Below are positions 9,777 through 19,284 of a stretch of DNA of 64,000 bases, piece after piece; positions within the stretch are counted from its first letter, which is position 1; the number at the start of each line of letters is the position of its first letter. Origin of the DNA: a virus. Under the pieces are notes generated by a model. The model saw only the letters and a program-made list of their open reading frames with translations. It ran no database searches and was not told the origin of the DNA. Made by a program: the position numbers and the translations under genes. The stretch lies in IMG/VR virus record IMGVR_UViG_3300023202_000135, positions 1-64,000 of that record; one strand, written 5' to 3'.

Positions 9777-10262
9777 TCACCGCGTCTTCCTCTTGCGGCC
9801 TGTGGCTTTCTTGTACGCGAGACGGTCAACCCGGTCGTTGACCCAGCCGCGGCGGCCGTCGACGCGGTGGCCTTTGACCCAGCGCGTGACGATGCGCACG
9901 TTTCGCCCCGCCAGGAGGCCGTAGGCGCGCACCACGAGACGATCTCTCGGGTCGTCGACGTCCTCGTGGGTCTTGCCGTGCAGGTCGGTACGATCGAGCC
10001 ACGCGGCATAGGAGAAGCTCTCGACCGCGAGCTTGCAGTCGTTGACGATGTGCACGCCGACCAGTTGCGGCCACCAGCGGAGCGCGTGGTAGATTCCGGC
10101 GTAGATGGAGAAGAACTCCGCCAGGGGCGGGCTCGTGATCTGGTCCGGGCAATGGCCGGCGTGCTCCTGCTTACCGACGTCGGTCTTCGCCCACACCGCG
10201 TACGCCGCCGCACCCGTGGCGGGAACGAAGCTCGCATCCGTGTAGACAGTGGCCCATGTCAC
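9777..10262 (-). CDS. ribonuclease HI-like protein
   Basis: VYTDAS, LAEF, IVNDC, WVKGH, NDRVDRLA. GTG start overlaps the upstream TGA. Confidence 0.85.
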   Translation of the reverse strand: MTWATVYTDASFVPATGAAAYAVWAKTDVGKQEHAGHCPDQITSPPLAEFFSIYAGIYHALRWWPQLVGVHIVNDCKLAVESFSYAAWLDRTDLHGKTHEDVDDPRDRLVVRAYGLLAGRNVRIVTRWVKGHRVDGRRGWVNDRVDRLAYKKATGRKRKTR

Positions 10263-10741
10263 TGCGCCGCCTCCTCTGTCATCACGTTGGTCCACTGGCG
10301 TGTCGCCGGGTCGAGGAACTCGATCGCGCGCCAGCGCTCTGCTTCGACGTCGATCATGCTGAACCAGTAGCGCTTCGGGTCGGAGCCGTAAAGGTCGAGC
10401 GCCGTCTTGGTCATACCGCGGTGCACCTTCTTCGGCATGCCGAGGGCTCGCGGTGCGGCGCTCCACGGGAGATAGGCACCATCGTCGAGGCACACCGCGA
10501 CGCGCCAGAGGCCTCCGGTCAGGGCTTCGGTCTGCTCGGTCGTCAGCAACACCTGCCCGCCGCCCTTCGTCGCGCCAGCAGCCCCCTTGTTCGCGATCGG
10601 GTCCCAATCCGGCAACGTGCTGAACCATACCGCCGCACGCTCCCCGGCCGCGGCCTGTGCATCGCGCTTCGCGCGCAGCTTGCCGGACGAGACGATGGCT
10701 TGGATCTTGGTCATGTTGGTGTAATGCCATGCGACCCTCAC
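10259..10741 (-). CDS. putative ADP-ribosyltransferase-fold protein
   Basis: N-terminal WHYT...I..SG.L and VWFS strands resemble an ART-fold NAD-binding core; GGAGG SD. Confidence 0.45.
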   Translation of the reverse strand: MRVAWHYTNMTKIQAIVSSGKLRAKRDAQAAAGERAAVWFSTLPDWDPIANKGAAGATKGGGQVLLTTEQTEALTGGLWRVAVCLDDGAYLPWSAAPRALGMPKKVHRGMTKTALDLYGSDPKRYWFSMIDVEAERWRAIEFLDPATRQWTNVMTEEAAQ

Positions 10742-10863
10742 GTGTCCTCCCCCTTCATAGCTGCCAGGATGATGACCCGTGCCACAGCGATGGCCGTGAT
10801 ACCGCCGCCGACCGCGGGCCCGCCGAGGTACCACGCGAGGTAGAGCACGATGCACCACAGCAT
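10738..10863 (-). CDS. small membrane protein
   Basis: 41 aa hydrophobic ORF with overlapping starts and stops. Confidence 0.5.
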   Translation of the reverse strand: MLWCIVLYLAWYLGGPAVGGGITAIAVARVIILAAMKGEDT

Positions 10864-11036
10864 CACGGGTTCACCTTCCGGACCATGACGGTAACCGCGG
10901 CAGCGAGCGACGCCGCGGAGATAAGGCCGCAGGCCCACGCCGGCAAGATGTACCCGCCGGCCAGGGCGAGGAACGCCCACGCGGTCGCGCCGACGAACAG
11001 GACGAAGAAGACAGAGAACCAAGCAGCAGTTTTCAT
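10863..11036 (-). CDS. small two-TM membrane protein
   Basis: AGGAGG SD; two hydrophobic segments. Confidence 0.6.
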   Translation of the reverse strand: MKTAAWFSVFFVLFVGATAWAFLALAGGYILPAWACGLISAASLAAAVTVMVRKVNP

Positions 11037-11044
11037 CGTGCCTC

Positions 11045-11368
11045 CTAGATGATCGGGTCGCTGAACTGGTGGAGCTGGTCCTTGTGATCGCGCACGTACG
11101 CGAGGCACCGGTTGAGGCGCGATACGCCGCGGTCGTATCCGGCCGCGATAGCCTCCGCAAACCCCTCGCGGTGATCGCCGGTCAGGATGAGGAAGCACTC
11201 CATCTGCCCGAGCACGAGCGCGGTGGTCGCGCCGCCGTAGATAGCAACGTCATGGCTGTTGTAGCTAATATACCAGTGCTTGCTCCCGGTCGCGACCTCG
11301 TCGGTCCGGTTGGGAACGGTGCACGGCATCCCCTCGATAATGGCGAGATGAGCTGTGTTGCGGTTCAT
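11045..11368 (-). CDS. hypothetical protein
   Basis: GGAGG SD; MNRNTAHL... Confidence 0.6.
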   Translation of the reverse strand: MNRNTAHLAIIEGMPCTVPNRTDEVATGSKHWYISYNSHDVAIYGGATTALVLGQMECFLILTGDHREGFAEAIAAGYDRGVSRLNRCLAYVRDHKDQLHQFSDPII

Positions 11369-11369
11369 G

Positions 11370-11558
11370 TCAATCCTCCGGGACCAGCTCAACGTCGAGC
11401 GATGGCTTGAGCTTGCGAATGGTGGTGCCGCCGGATCGGGTGAGGACCATCACGCGAATCGAGCGAGGATCGGGCTGAGTGGATAGCTTCTGCGCGCTGT
11501 CACCGCGCTTTCCGGGAATGTAGAACCAGCGGTCGCCGGGGACCTCGCGAAGTCTCAT
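11370..11558 (-). CDS. hypothetical protein
   Basis: ATGA overlap and GGAGG SD. Confidence 0.5.
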   Translation of the reverse strand: MRLREVPGDRWFYIPGKRGDSAQKLSTQPDPRSIRVMVLTRSGGTTIRKLKPSLDVELVPED

Positions 11559-12274
11559 GCTGCCTCCTCCTTCGCGCCCTCGTCGATCACGCAGAGGCCC
11601 TTGGCCTCAAGCGCGTTGGTGAACTGGTGGCGGTACTTCGGCATCTTCTTGAGCAGGATGCCGCGCATCTTGGGCGAGAAGGGCGAAGCGAACTTGCCGC
11701 CGGGCTGGAAAGCGAGCGCCTTCTTGGCGAAGGCCGACAGGATGTCCGCGTCGCAGCCAGAGAATCCGACGCCGTTGTCCTCGACGGTCTCTTCACACTC
11801 CTGCTCCTCCTCGGTCTGGTGCGCGAAGACGTAGAGCAAGCACTCGGTGGCCAAGCCCTCGTCGCTGGCCAGACGGCCCTTGAGGTAGGCGTCGCGCGCC
11901 TTCTTGGTCGGGAAGGCCGCAGGCAGGGGACCCCACACAGGGGCTTGCTCCTGCTTCGGCTCCGGGGCGGGCGAGCCCGCCTGGGCCTGGAGCGCCTTCC
12001 AGACGCCGATCAGGGCGGCCCGAGTCTCCTCGTAGGTGCTCTCGCCCTGCTCCAGCAGGTCGAACTTGGTGTAGGCTTTGGTGCCCTTGACCCAGGCGGA
12101 GCCGCGGCCGATGAACTTGCCCGTGAGAGGCAGCTTGAAGGTCACGCAGCGGCCGTGGCCGTCGTTTCGGGAGGCGTAGGCCACCTTGTCGCCGTACTTG
12201 TTGGTGCCGGCGCTGACGGCCCAGCCCTTCGCGGCCGGGAAGTGGGTGTGGGGGTCGATCTCGGGGGTGCTCAT
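11555..12274 (-). CDS. hypothetical protein
   Basis: AAGGAG SD; C-terminal DNGVGFSGCDADILSAFAK segment; own promoter. Confidence 0.7.
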   Translation of the reverse strand: MSTPEIDPHTHFPAAKGWAVSAGTNKYGDKVAYASRNDGHGRCVTFKLPLTGKFIGRGSAWVKGTKAYTKFDLLEQGESTYEETRAALIGVWKALQAQAGSPAPEPKQEQAPVWGPLPAAFPTKKARDAYLKGRLASDEGLATECLLYVFAHQTEEEQECEETVEDNGVGFSGCDADILSAFAKKALAFQPGGKFASPFSPKMRGILLKKMPKYRHQFTNALEAKGLCVIDEGAKEEAA

Positions 12275-12325
12275 GGCGGTCTCCTTGTCCTGCGGCGAGG
12301 CCGCGTCGTGGAGGGGTATGCCTTG

Positions 12326-12353
12326 AGTATGACACTTCGTCACCCGCTATCAA
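12326..12353 (-). promoter_or_regulatory. sigma70-like promoter
   Basis: TTGATA-N16-CATACT; the spacer carries GGTGACGAAGTG. Confidence 0.55.
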
Positions 12354-12396
12354 GGGCTTTCCCGGGTGACGCGGGGAAAGGCCGCGGAACCGCCTG

Positions 12397-12909
12397 TCAA
12401 GCGGGGGTTATGTCCACGTCGATGAAGTCGCGCAGCGGTGCCAGCTCCCCGCCCTTGACACCGCCGGGGATGCGCTCCAAGGGGATCCGTGTGGCCACGA
12501 CGTCGACCTTCTCCGCCATGAAGGCGTCGAGGGCTTCCGTATGCTCCTGCCGCTTCTCGTAGGCCCCGGGCATCTCCTCCTTGAGCTTCTCCAAGGCCGC
12601 CTGGAACGCGGTCAGGTCGTCGATCACGTAGTTGCCGTCCGGGCCGGAAACCGGCTCCCCGCCCGCTTTCCGTGCGTATCGCTGGCAAAGCTCCTGCCGC
12701 TTGCGCTCGAACGCGGCCAGCTCCTCGCTCACAGGTGCGTTGAGCGTCGCGTTGATGCGGTCCATCTCCGCTTCGACTGCCCCCATGATGGTCGCGACCC
12801 AATAGGCGAAGTAGGGCTTGTTGTCCGAAGGGATGTGCGAGAGGGCCTGGGCCGCCTCTCCGATCGAGAGGACCTTGGTCCTCGTGACCGGGACGATCGT
12901 TTCTTTCAT
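12397..12909 (-). CDS. hypothetical protein, possibly a distant paralogue of 15216-15704
   Basis: Helical ORF with a similar overall layout to 15216-15704. Confidence 0.6.
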   Translation of the reverse strand: MKETIVPVTRTKVLSIGEAAQALSHIPSDNKPYFAYWVATIMGAVEAEMDRINATLNAPVSEELAAFERKRQELCQRYARKAGGEPVSGPDGNYVIDDLTAFQAALEKLKEEMPGAYEKRQEHTEALDAFMAEKVDVVATRIPLERIPGGVKGGELAPLRDFIDVDITPA

Positions 12910-12939
12910 GGTCCGTCCTTCGGCCGCGCTGCGGCCGGG

Positions 12940-13407
12940 TCAGTCGTTGATCGTGTCGTTGTGCTGTTCCGCTTCGTCGTTGTAGGCCTCGATCGCCGCC
13001 CGCAACTCCGACGCGTAGTTCGCGATGGCGCGGTGGTTGGCATCGAACGCGACGGTCTCGTCCAGCGCCGGTGCTTCGGGCACCGGGATGGTGGGCATGG
13101 GCCGCTCCACGTAGACGCGCTTCGTGAAGCAGCCCGTGAGCATGACGCAGCAGAGGACCAGGGCCGCGGCCCCGAACATCCGCTTGTTCCACTCAGCGGC
13201 CGAGTTGACGGTCGGCTTGGCATTCTTGACGGCCGCGTTGAGCCGCTTCTGGAGGTGCTGACCCTCGATGAGGGCTTTGTTGCGCGCCTCCGCCGTCGCC
13301 GCGTTCCACTTCGCCGTCTCGGCCTGCTTGCGTTCCCACCAGAGCTGGATGAACCCGAGCACCTGTTTGATGACCACCCCGAGGACACCTTCGAGGACGC
13401 CAGTCAT
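12940..13407 (-). CDS. putative spanin (membrane anchor + internal lipobox)
   Basis: N-terminal hydrophobic segment, coiled coil, then AALVLCCVMLTGC lipobox and a Pro-rich region. Confidence 0.55.
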   Translation of the reverse strand: MTGVLEGVLGVVIKQVLGFIQLWWERKQAETAKWNAATAEARNKALIEGQHLQKRLNAAVKNAKPTVNSAAEWNKRMFGAAALVLCCVMLTGCFTKRVYVERPMPTIPVPEAPALDETVAFDANHRAIANYASELRAAIEAYNDEAEQHNDTIND

Positions 13408-13408
13408 G

Positions 13409-14179
13409 TCAGGCCCCCGCTGCGGCCGGCTGTAGTGGGCGGTCCTCGCCCAGGTCCTCGTCGCGGTTCACCTTGTTGCGCACCCAGGCGACGCCCTTGT
13501 CGGTGAGCCAACCACCGGCCTTCTCGACGAGGAACTTGGCCGGATCCTTGAAGCCGTTGGGAATCGGGAGCTTCTCGACCAGCGCGCGGTTGATGAGGCC
13601 GACGAGCGCGTCCTCCCCGATAGCCTCGACGATGTCGATGCCTTCGGCCGCGAACTTCTTGATCGCGAGGTTCTTGAGTTCCCCGACGAGGTCGTCCTTG
13701 ATGCTGTCCCAGCTCGCGCCGCCCTGTAGTCGGTCGAGGTAGATCGGGATCCGCTCCTCGGTGAGGTACGCTGCGGTGTTCCAAAGGAACGGCATGAGCC
13801 GGTTGTTGATGAGGAAGTTCTTCTGTTCGAGGAGGCTCTTGCTCGCGTCGAACTCCGCCTTCTTGGCGTTGGCGTTGGCTTCCTTCGCCTTATTCTTGAG
13901 GAAGGCGGTCAGGAAGGTCGAGATGGCGATACTGATGAGCCCGATGAGCGCTTGGGCCCATCCAGGCAGGCTGCCCTCCTCCATGGAGGCGCCCGCGCTA
14001 TCGGCGGGCGCGGTACTTCGGTCGGCCTCCGAAGCCGCGGGGGCCTCGGCAGCGGTGGGTTCGGAGGCACCGTCGTCGACGGCGACGGCTGCCGGTTCGG
14101 GGGCGGGCTCTTCGGCGTGCAGGGCAGGATGGAGCGGGCAGGCCAGGAGGAGCATCGCGATGACGAAGCGCATGAGCAT
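13409..14179 (-). CDS. membrane protein, holin-like
   Basis: Signal-like N-terminus and TM segment WAQALIGLISIAISTFLTAFL; adjacent to the spanin-like gene. Confidence 0.45.
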   Translation of the reverse strand: MLMRFVIAMLLLACPLHPALHAEEPAPEPAAVAVDDGASEPTAAEAPAASEADRSTAPADSAGASMEEGSLPGWAQALIGLISIAISTFLTAFLKNKAKEANANAKKAEFDASKSLLEQKNFLINNRLMPFLWNTAAYLTEERIPIYLDRLQGGASWDSIKDDLVGELKNLAIKKFAAEGIDIVEAIGEDALVGLINRALVEKLPIPNGFKDPAKFLVEKAGGWLTDKGVAWVRNKVNRDEDLGEDRPLQPAAAGA

Positions 14180-14213
14180 GAGGGCTCTCCTTGGTATAAG
14201 GGGTGACGCGGTA

Positions 14214-14245
14214 ATCGTAGTGGTTCTCCCCGTATGTCACGCGAA
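14214..14245 (-). promoter_or_regulatory. putative promoter of the lysis-like genes
   Basis: TTCGCGTGACA-N15-TACGAT with ACCAC before the -10. Confidence 0.5.
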
Positions 14246-14252
14246 GATCGCG

Positions 14253-14657
14253 CTAGGGGGCGGGCGGCGCATATCCCGGTCGGTCAGTGACTTCGATTAT
14301 CCCCTGGGCGTAGGTGCGGATGTCTCCGTCCACAGCGCCCACTGCGGGGAAGGTAACGGTGAGGGCGGCGCCAACGGTCCGGGCACGCTCCAGGACGTCA
14401 TCCTGTGAGATAACGACCGCCACGATGCCATTGGCCCAATCCGCCTCCGGATGGCCGTTGTCGGCGTCCACGGGCGCCTGGACGTCCGCTTGGCCGTAGT
14501 TGCTGTCGTACTCCCATTCGAGCTGGATCGAGTCCGCCGAGCTGACGTCGATGAGGTCGCCGGTGTTTTTGCGCTTGAGCTTGAACACGATCGTGACCCG
14601 GTTCCCTTCCGGGATTTCGAGACGGAACTCGCGCGTGCCGATTACCTGCGTGGGCAT
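14253..14657 (-). CDS. hypothetical beta-rich (BppU-N-like) virion protein
   Basis: IDVSSA...ANGIVAVVISQDD pattern; lies at the end of the tail module. Confidence 0.55.
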   Translation of the reverse strand: MPTQVIGTREFRLEIPEGNRVTIVFKLKRKNTGDLIDVSSADSIQLEWEYDSNYGQADVQAPVDADNGHPEADWANGIVAVVISQDDVLERARTVGAALTVTFPAVGAVDGDIRTYAQGIIEVTDRPGYAPPAP

Positions 14658-14658
14658 G

Positions 14659-15213
14659 TTAGTCTCCTCGAATGCGAACGGTTCCGCCGCCGAGACCGTC
14701 CAGATCGTCTTCGTCGATGACCACCACGATGTCGTCGTCGGACGAGGCGGTGGTCGCAGTGCGCGGGTCGATTATGAGGGGCAGATCGTAAGATTCCACC
14801 GTCACGACAACCTCCAAGCCGTCGATGTCCACGGGGATCGGTGACGAAACGTCACCGAGCACCTCGACGACCGGCGCATCGGCGCGGACGGGGATGCCGG
14901 GCGTGGTGTCGACCAGGGCGACAACGGTGGCGTCGTCGGCGTAAACCTCGATCGGCGGGACGTGGGTAGCTGGCCGGCGAATCTCCTCGACGACCGGAGC
15001 GAGCTGGTCGAGTACCAGATCGTCAACGGCCCCCCCGAGGACGAGAAGGGTGCCGAGACGAACGTCCGGGTCGATGGTCGACAGGTTGAGCTGGAGCGTG
15101 TCGACTTCGACAACCGCTTCGATCGGCTCAGGGATGAAGATGCACCACTCGTCAGCGGTGTAGTTGCACCACTCTCCCTCGCTGAACGTTAGCCATGTGA
15201 GCTGATCGGCCAC
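14659..15213 (-). CDS. hypothetical acidic Val/Asp-rich protein
   Basis: GTG start right after the upstream stop. Confidence 0.55.
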   Translation of the reverse strand: MADQLTWLTFSEGEWCNYTADEWCIFIPEPIEAVVEVDTLQLNLSTIDPDVRLGTLLVLGGAVDDLVLDQLAPVVEEIRRPATHVPPIEVYADDATVVALVDTTPGIPVRADAPVVEVLGDVSSPIPVDIDGLEVVVTVESYDLPLIIDPRTATTASSDDDIVVVIDEDDLDGLGGGTVRIRGD

Positions 15214-15215
15214 AC

Positions 15216-15704
15216 TCAATCGCCGGGGACGCCCTTGCCGATGACGATGTCTCCGGGCGGTTCGTAGGAGTCCAGGAGAGGGGAAAGGAGCGCGAGAGTG
15301 CTCACGGGGATTTGGTTCTCCTCGACACCGAGCGCACTCTCCGGAACGGTGTACAGCGTGATCTCCTGCTCCTGCTGCATCACGGCGGACCAATCTCGGT
15401 TGACTTCGTCGACCTTGTCGCCGGGGATCTCCTGCGTGGCCGGGTCAGCGTGTTGGGCGAAGAAGGCGCGATGCGCACGGGCGATGGCGTCGTGGATCGA
15501 GGACAGGATCCCCAAGTTCCTCGCCATTGCCATGCGGCACGTGGCGCTGAGTGCGTAAGGCTCGACAATGATGACAGTTTTCCCGTCAACCTCGTGAGCC
15601 TTGTGCCGCCCGTCCAGGGAGTTGATCGCTGTCATGAGGCTCCGGACGTCACAGTTCCGGAGCTTCCGGTTGACGCGGTTAGAGGTAGGGGTGGCCGTTG
15701 CCAT
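15216..15704 (-). CDS. hypothetical protein
   Basis: AGGAG SD. Confidence 0.65.
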   Translation of the reverse strand: MATATPTSNRVNRKLRNCDVRSLMTAINSLDGRHKAHEVDGKTVIIVEPYALSATCRMAMARNLGILSSIHDAIARAHRAFFAQHADPATQEIPGDKVDEVNRDWSAVMQQEQEITLYTVPESALGVEENQIPVSTLALLSPLLDSYEPPGDIVIGKGVPGD

Positions 15705-15739
15705 GTGTCTCTCCTGCTAGGAGGGGTTAGTGGTAGGGG

Positions 15740-16276
15740 TCAGTCGTCGCCGTTGACTTGCCGAACTGCCCGGTCGATAGCCTGGGCGACCTCGCGTGCG
15801 TGCGCCTTGTCGACCATGGCCTCGATACCGGCGATGATTGCAGACGGAATGAGCGCCATAGGGAAAGCGGCCATGACGACGTTGCCGTCGCCGTCGAGCA
15901 AGTCGACGGTCTGGGGATTTCCGAGATCATCGGTCGCGTTGGCGATGTCCGTCAGCGTGAAGCGAACCTTGGGGAGGAACGGTGCGGCGGGCTCTTCGTA
16001 GTGACGTGGGTCGGTGCCGTCCTGGCCGTCGGCCACGGGACCAGGGTCGGCCGGGATCTCGCGGTTGCGGGGCCTGTACGGTCCGCGGTAGAAGACGTCA
16101 CCTCCGGGCGGAGTGGGGTCGCTCAGCTCGGCCAGCTCGCGGTGGACGACGACTGGATAATCGTTCCAGTTCGCCAGCTCGTCCTGGGGGATCTCGGTCA
16201 GCAGCTCGACTCGCCACGACCGTTCCTTGACGGTGCGGTCATAGGTGACGGACTCCTGTTTGATGATGCGTGCCAT
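15740..16276 (-). CDS. hypothetical protein
   Basis: MARIIKQES start shortly after the fibre gene stop. Confidence 0.6.
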   Translation of the reverse strand: MARIIKQESVTYDRTVKERSWRVELLTEIPQDELANWNDYPVVVHRELAELSDPTPPGGDVFYRGPYRPRNREIPADPGPVADGQDGTDPRHYEEPAAPFLPKVRFTLTDIANATDDLGNPQTVDLLDGDGNVVMAAFPMALIPSAIIAGIEAMVDKAHAREVAQAIDRAVRQVNGDD

Positions 16277-16286
16277 AATCAGCCCC

Positions 16287-17783
16287 TTACGTAAGATCGG
16301 CCGTCTTGATCGTTCCGCCGTCATTGTAGGCGAACGTGACGTCACCCGTCGCCGTATTTTTGTGGATACCGCAGTCTTTATCATTCGGGTACTCGGTCGT
16401 GGTGGGTGCGGCGGATGTTGTCGTGAACCCGGCGATTCGCAGCGATCCGGATCCGATGGTCAACTGATCGGCCACCGTGACATCGCCGCTCAGCGTCCAA
16501 GTGTCGAGGCCGGCGTTGTAGCGGGCAGCCTCGCCGCTGGTTTGCTTGTTGACGACGAAATCATGGTCGAGTGCATCCGGGTTGACGATGCTCTCGTCCT
16601 TCGTCCACTGCGCGACTTCGACTCCGCCCGAATTGCCTTCCTCGTTGACGGCGAGGATCCAGTGGGCGTCGAACCCGGTCGCGTCGTCGGCTGGGGTATT
16701 AGTGACGAAGCCGAAGAGCCCGACGCCTTTGTAGTACGACGCACCCGTGTGGCCTTTGCCCTCCAACCCGACGAGGATGTCGCCGGCTTGAATCTTCTGC
16801 GGGGCGCCTTGGGTGCCTCGTCCTCGGTGGCCCGTGAAATAGGCAGCATGCCAGTCGGTTGCTGAGAAGGTTTCCCCGACGATATATTGCCAATCGTCGT
16901 CGAAGTTCTCGACAGAGAAACTGCTCCCGTTAAGGCTATTGACGAGCGCGTACAGGGCGCCACCGATGCGCACGTTCTTGTCGGCGCCAATACCACCAGC
17001 AACGACGAGCGCGCCGTTGGTCGGGAGCGTGGCATCAGTAGTCGCCTCGATCTCCAAGCGGTCGGCGAAGGTCGACAGGATGTGCGTGCCGCCAACAGTG
17101 GTGCCGATGAACGCGCTGCCAGGGTCGTACCACCAACCGACTTCAAGTGTGATTGGGTCATAGGTGCCATTGTTGTCGTGGAACGCGAACTTGGGGTCGG
17201 TTGCCGAACCGCCACTCCGAGTCCGGATTTCGTCGAGCGCAATGAGGTCGTCACCGCAAACAAGGTCACCGCTGGTAGCGACCTTGTTGTCGCCGATCTC
17301 CAGAATGAGGCTACCGTTGACGACACAGCCGATCAGCCCGAGGCTGTTGATCTCCGTTCCAAACCCGCCGCCCGATCCGCGGTGCGCGTACCAACCGATG
17401 CGGTTGGCGTCGGTATGGCTGGCGGGGTCGAGCGTTCCGTCGGTGAGCGGGAACGCGACGGCGAGGTCGGTCTCCAAACCAAGACTGCCGAGCAGCACCC
17501 CATCTTTAGCGCCGACCTTGCTGCCGGACATGATGTTTCCACCGACCGCGAGACCGCCATTCGGGACCACAATGGCGCCATCGGTCTCGTCGGCGGCTGC
17601 GGTCGCATTGGTGAAGGTCTTTTTCCCGCCGACAGTCTCGTCGCGCGTCCGATCGACGTAGTCAAGTACGGTTTTGATGTTCGATTCGGCCAAATCCGCA
17701 GGCTTGGCAGAGACGCCGAGCGCGTTGCCTTTGAGCGTGTTGGCTGGCATTTCTGCCAGCCACTTGTTCTTGGTCAGAGCCAT
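16287..17783 (-). CDS. tail fibre/spike-like protein
   Basis: Repeated GAIVVPNGGLAVGGNI / GALVVAGGIGADKNV beta motifs. Confidence 0.65.
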   Translation of the reverse strand: MALTKNKWLAEMPANTLKGNALGVSAKPADLAESNIKTVLDYVDRTRDETVGGKKTFTNATAAADETDGAIVVPNGGLAVGGNIMSGSKVGAKDGVLLGSLGLETDLAVAFPLTDGTLDPASHTDANRIGWYAHRGSGGGFGTEINSLGLIGCVVNGSLILEIGDNKVATSGDLVCGDDLIALDEIRTRSGGSATDPKFAFHDNNGTYDPITLEVGWWYDPGSAFIGTTVGGTHILSTFADRLEIEATTDATLPTNGALVVAGGIGADKNVRIGGALYALVNSLNGSSFSVENFDDDWQYIVGETFSATDWHAAYFTGHRGRGTQGAPQKIQAGDILVGLEGKGHTGASYYKGVGLFGFVTNTPADDATGFDAHWILAVNEEGNSGGVEVAQWTKDESIVNPDALDHDFVVNKQTSGEAARYNAGLDTWTLSGDVTVADQLTIGSGSLRIAGFTTTSAAPTTTEYPNDKDCGIHKNTATGDVTFAYNDGGTIKTADLT

Positions 17784-17842
17784 TCAGTTCCCTTTTTGCC
17801 CGGTGACGAAGCGTCACCAGGATGTATCCCAGGAACGGGCTA

Positions 17843-19267
17843 TCAGACGAAGTATTTCACGACCAACTCGTCGTTGACCGCGATGTCCTCGCTGAGGCCC
17901 GTGGCCGCGCCGTTGTTGTTGAAGTGGAACTCGTCGCTGTTGAGGATGTCGAAGTCAGGCGTCACGCCGCTCCCGCCCACGGTCTGCTTGTTGACCTGCT
18001 CCGGACCTCCCTGCGGGAACGCCTGCACGCCGGCCGGGTCGTTCGGCACCGAAGGCAGCGTGAAGAACCCGTTGGTCGACTCGGGGCCAGTGATGACGTG
18101 CACGATGATCGTGATCGCCGCGGAGACAGCCGCGATGGCGGTGTCGACGTAGTCCGTCGAAGCGGCGTTCGTCGACCCATCGCCCTGGGTCTGCGTAGGG
18201 ACCTGGACCGTTCCGCCGGCCGTGGCGAAGTCGAAGGTATCGCTGAGGTCGACCTCAGTGGCTCCGATCGAGTCGGGATTCACGCGGAGTTGGTTCGAGC
18301 CGTTGACGCCGATGGTGTCCGCGTCGACGAGCACACCCACGCCGTTGACGGTGACGCTGATCGCTGAGGCGATGTTGGCGCCGCCGACCGAATCGGCCTG
18401 CACCGACACCACCGTCCCGGAGCCTCCCTGGAGGCCGTTGCCGAAGGCCGAGCTGGCGAGCTGCACCTCGGTGATGCCTGCGTTCTTGACGATCAGCGAG
18501 CCCGGTCCCGAGCCCGTAATGCCGATGGTCGCGTCATCGTAGTTGATCGCGATGTCGTCGGCGTTGACCGTGATGGCGCCGGTCGAGTTCTGACCGACGT
18601 TGAGGGTGTTGCTCGACTTGGTCAGGCCCGCGCCCGCGGTGACGCCGGAGAGCCCGCCGAAGGGGTCCCAGCTTGTGCCGTCCCAGCGATAGAACTGGCC
18701 GCTGTCGAGGTCCCATACCAGAGCGCCGGGGCCTTCGACCGACACGTCGTACTCGACGACGAAATCCGCCCCGTCGTACTCGACGATGTCGTTGTTCTCG
18801 ACCCCCGTAATGGTGCCGAAGTTTGCGTGCAGCGTCGCGGTGTCGGTGACGATGTACCGGTCACCGGTAGAGGGCGAGGCGCCGGGATCGAGGGTGCCAT
18901 CGGTCTGGATGTCGTCGACGTCCGCCTGGAAGTCGAGGCCTGTCACCGCCGAGTCGAGGTCCGTTTGTCGCACCGCATCGTTGGGGTTGACCGGCGCCCC
19001 CAGGTTGGTGAGGCGGTTGAGGCCCATCGACTGGTCGCCGGTGAAGGCTTGCCCGCCGTCCGCCTGGATCACAGCCTCGGCCAGCTTGGAGAGCGCGATG
19101 CTGCCCGCCAGCATGCCGTTCGTGATGCCCAAGGACTTCACGTTGATACCGGTGACGGTGCGCTCGATCGCACCGGACGCGTCGACGAAGACTTGGAGGG
19201 CGCCGGAGCCATCGTCTTCGAGGCTTTGAGCGTCCTTGTTGATCCATTTGGCTCGCATGAGGGTCAT
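17843..19267 (-). CDS. virion fibre/structural protein
   Basis: NRLTNLGAPVNPNDAV, TAGAGLTKSSNTLNV and AASTDYVD fibre motifs. Confidence 0.7.
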   Translation of the reverse strand: MTLMRAKWINKDAQSLEDDGSGALQVFVDASGAIERTVTGINVKSLGITNGMLAGSIALSKLAEAVIQADGGQAFTGDQSMGLNRLTNLGAPVNPNDAVRQTDLDSAVTGLDFQADVDDIQTDGTLDPGASPSTGDRYIVTDTATLHANFGTITGVENNDIVEYDGADFVVEYDVSVEGPGALVWDLDSGQFYRWDGTSWDPFGGLSGVTAGAGLTKSSNTLNVGQNSTGAITVNADDIAINYDDATIGITGSGPGSLIVKNAGITEVQLASSAFGNGLQGGSGTVVSVQADSVGGANIASAISVTVNGVGVLVDADTIGVNGSNQLRVNPDSIGATEVDLSDTFDFATAGGTVQVPTQTQGDGSTNAASTDYVDTAIAAVSAAITIIVHVITGPESTNGFFTLPSVPNDPAGVQAFPQGGPEQVNKQTVGGSGVTPDFDILNSDEFHFNNNGAATGLSEDIAVNDELVVKYFV

Positions 19268-19284
19268 GGCGGTGTTCCTTCCGG

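Noticed and set aside
9777-10730. Apparent N-terminal extensions of RNase H, primase (to 1994) and HNH (from 23070) in the ORF track
   Set aside because: The extensions overlap other genes and are low-complexity; better starts lie downstream.
16286-16295. CTTACGTAAG palindrome matching TTACGTAA near the capsid gene end
   Set aside because: Short, only three occurrences noticed, and no consistent context.
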